Shown here in pieces: positions 62,718 through 64,000 of a DNA stretch of 64,000 bases. Each line of letters opens with the position of its first letter. Position 1 is the first letter of the stretch. A model generated the notes under the pieces. The model was not told the origin of the DNA, did no database searches, and saw nothing but the letters and a program-made list of their open reading frames with translations. The stretch is from an uncultured Christensenellaceae bacterium (GTDB lineage Bacteria > Bacillota > Clostridia > Christensenellales > CAG-314), in assembly GCA_910585195.1 (NCBI GenBank), contig CAJUCX010000008.1, positions 503 to 64,502 on the forward strand. Direction: 5' to 3'. Both the position numbers and the translations under genes were made by a program.

Positions 62718-62981
62718 TCAGCCTAATGCCGCGTCAAACATAGCTATAAGATTTTCCTTAGTGCAATTTTCGCCTTCGATATACTTCTTGCCGTCTACGA
62801 ACATACAAGGTATGTAATAATAATCGAATTTATCGGAAAAATCAGGATTTAGATTTTCATCCACCTTTCTTATGACTATGCCTTCATATTTTGCGTTTTC
62901 TTTTTTGATTTCTTCTATCAATTTGTCTGCCTGTTTGCAATGCGGACAAGTTGTCGTGTAAAAAAATAAAACGTCTTTCAT
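62718..62981 (-). CDS. Glutaredoxin-like / thioredoxin-fold protein
   Basis: 87 aa. VLFFYTTTCPHCKQA (CPHC active site). Confidence 0.75.
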   Translation of the reverse strand: MKDVLFFYTTTCPHCKQADKLIEEIKKENAKYEGIVIRKVDENLNPDFSDKFDYYYIPCMFVDGKKYIEGENCTKENLIAMFDAALG

Positions 62982-63194
62982 AAAATTAACCTCCGTTTAT
63001 GCAACTGCGTTGCTTTTGAATATTATAGCAAACTGTTTTCAGTTTGGCAATAGCAAACTCGATTTTTTGTCAGCATAAACTAACAAATTGTTTGTTGCTT
63101 ACAATAAATCTATGTGATATAATTATCATAAAATATGGTATAATATAATTTATAAATATATCAACTTTATTTTACTTTATTTAAGGAGAAAATT

Positions 63195-64000
63195 ATGTCG
63201 AGGCGAAGAGGCTGCCGCGGTTGCGGATGTTTTCTTTCAGTAATATTGATACTTGCGTTGTTGGTCGGCGGCGTATACGTAGTTTACACAAACACGTCCC
63301 CTTCTACTTTTGGATTGACCAACTTGGGCGGATTTGAACTCGGCGAATTGGCGGAATATAATTTCAGCGAAATCGTCGGGACTTTTAACGAACTTGCTAC
63401 ACAGCCTAAAAAAGGAACTGTCGTTAAAGTAAATTATGACGACACGGTAAAAGCAGAAGCTCAAAAATCCTGGGGTATTGATGAAAACGGCGAAATTTTA
63501 ACGACAGGCGCGGCATACAAGATAAACAGATTTACGGAGCGAGAGAGCAACAAAATAACGTCGCTTAGCGACTTTATCATTAAAAAAACATCCACTACGT
63601 CGTATCAAACAATCGACTTAAACGGAGTAGACTTTGTATATTTGCTTAACAACATTTTGAGCGACGTGGAAACGTTGAGCGGAGAATATCAATCTCTGCG
63701 CGATTTCTTTATGGTTTTCAGAACGTCAATAAACGACATTCCTATTACCGTGGAAGAAGTTACTTTCAGCAATACCGGCGGCAGCGCAGCTATACACACC
63801 GTGTTTGAAGTAAATATAACTAAATTCAAAAACGCATTGGACGACCAACTTTCTCTGTTGCCGTCGTTTATAAGACCGTCTCTGGGTGAAAAAATTTATA
63901 TGACAACCGACAATAAATTGACGATTGACTCGTCAGGCAAACTTGCGGTTGACAAGGCGTCGGGAGAAATAAAGATAAACTCTATGAACGCTAAAAAATC
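63195..64000 (+). CDS. Membrane-anchored hypothetical protein, 3' end runs off the window
   Basis: Not in the ORF track (no stop in the window). AAGGAGA RBS. Hand translation MSRRRGCRGCGCFLSVILILALLVGGVYVVY... stays open to position 64000. Confidence 0.6.
   Translation, partial: MSRRRGCRGCGCFLSVILILALLVGGVYVVYTNTSPSTFGLTNLGGFELGELAEYNFSEIVGTFNELATQPKKGTVVKVNYDDTVKAEAQKSWGIDENGEILTTGAAYKINRFTERESNKITSLSDFIIKKTSTTSYQTIDLNGVDFVYLLNNILSDVETLSGEYQSLRDFFMVFRTSINDIPITVEEVTFSNTGGSAAIHTVFEVNITKFKNALDDQLSLLPSFIRPSLGEKIYMTTDNKLTIDSSGKLAVDKASGEIKINSMNAKK

Overview
Low-GC, Firmicutes-type chromosomal segment. Host genes include a U32 peptidase/O-methyltransferase pair, RNase J, serC-serA, a DAACS symporter, an AbrB-ABC exporter operon, feoA-feoA-feoB, an amino-acid ABC transporter, purM, ferritin, an ABC-F protein and four tRNAs. 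The host DNA is interrupted by a ~34.3 kb temperate prophage (22595-56865) integrated into the 3' end of tRNA-Leu(CAG). A 17-bp direct repeat (tcctgttatccgcacca) marks attL and attR, and a tyrosine integrase lies next to attR. The prophage has a divergent cI/Cro-type switch with palindromic operators. Its replication/recombination module contains an AAA_24 ATPase, a PD-(D/E)XK-like nuclease, a NinB-like protein, SSB, a GIY-YIG protein, a replisome organizer and a C5 methyltransferase. It also has late regulators, terS/terL/portal/MuF/scaffold/capsid genes and collagen-like plus glycine-rich fibres. I could recognise no tape measure and no endolysin. Best candidates for undescribed biology: (1) two tandem consensus-promoter/terminator small-RNA cassettes, antisense to the late operon and convergent on a 207-aa polyvalent-protein-like gene (30335-31202); (2) a standalone SIR2-like protein with an unassigned C-terminal half between repressor and integrase (53733-55364); (3) a three-gene membrane-protein cassette where the lysis genes should be (24085-25958); (4) a C5-methyltransferase gene whose conserved motifs are split over two reading frames. 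Host-side oddities are a G13 tract at the RBS of an AbrB-like regulator, an intergenic palindromic repeat family, a ~100-aa charged insertion in an ABC ATPase and a possibly permuted substrate-binding protein. All functional calls come from my own motif recognition; no database search was run.
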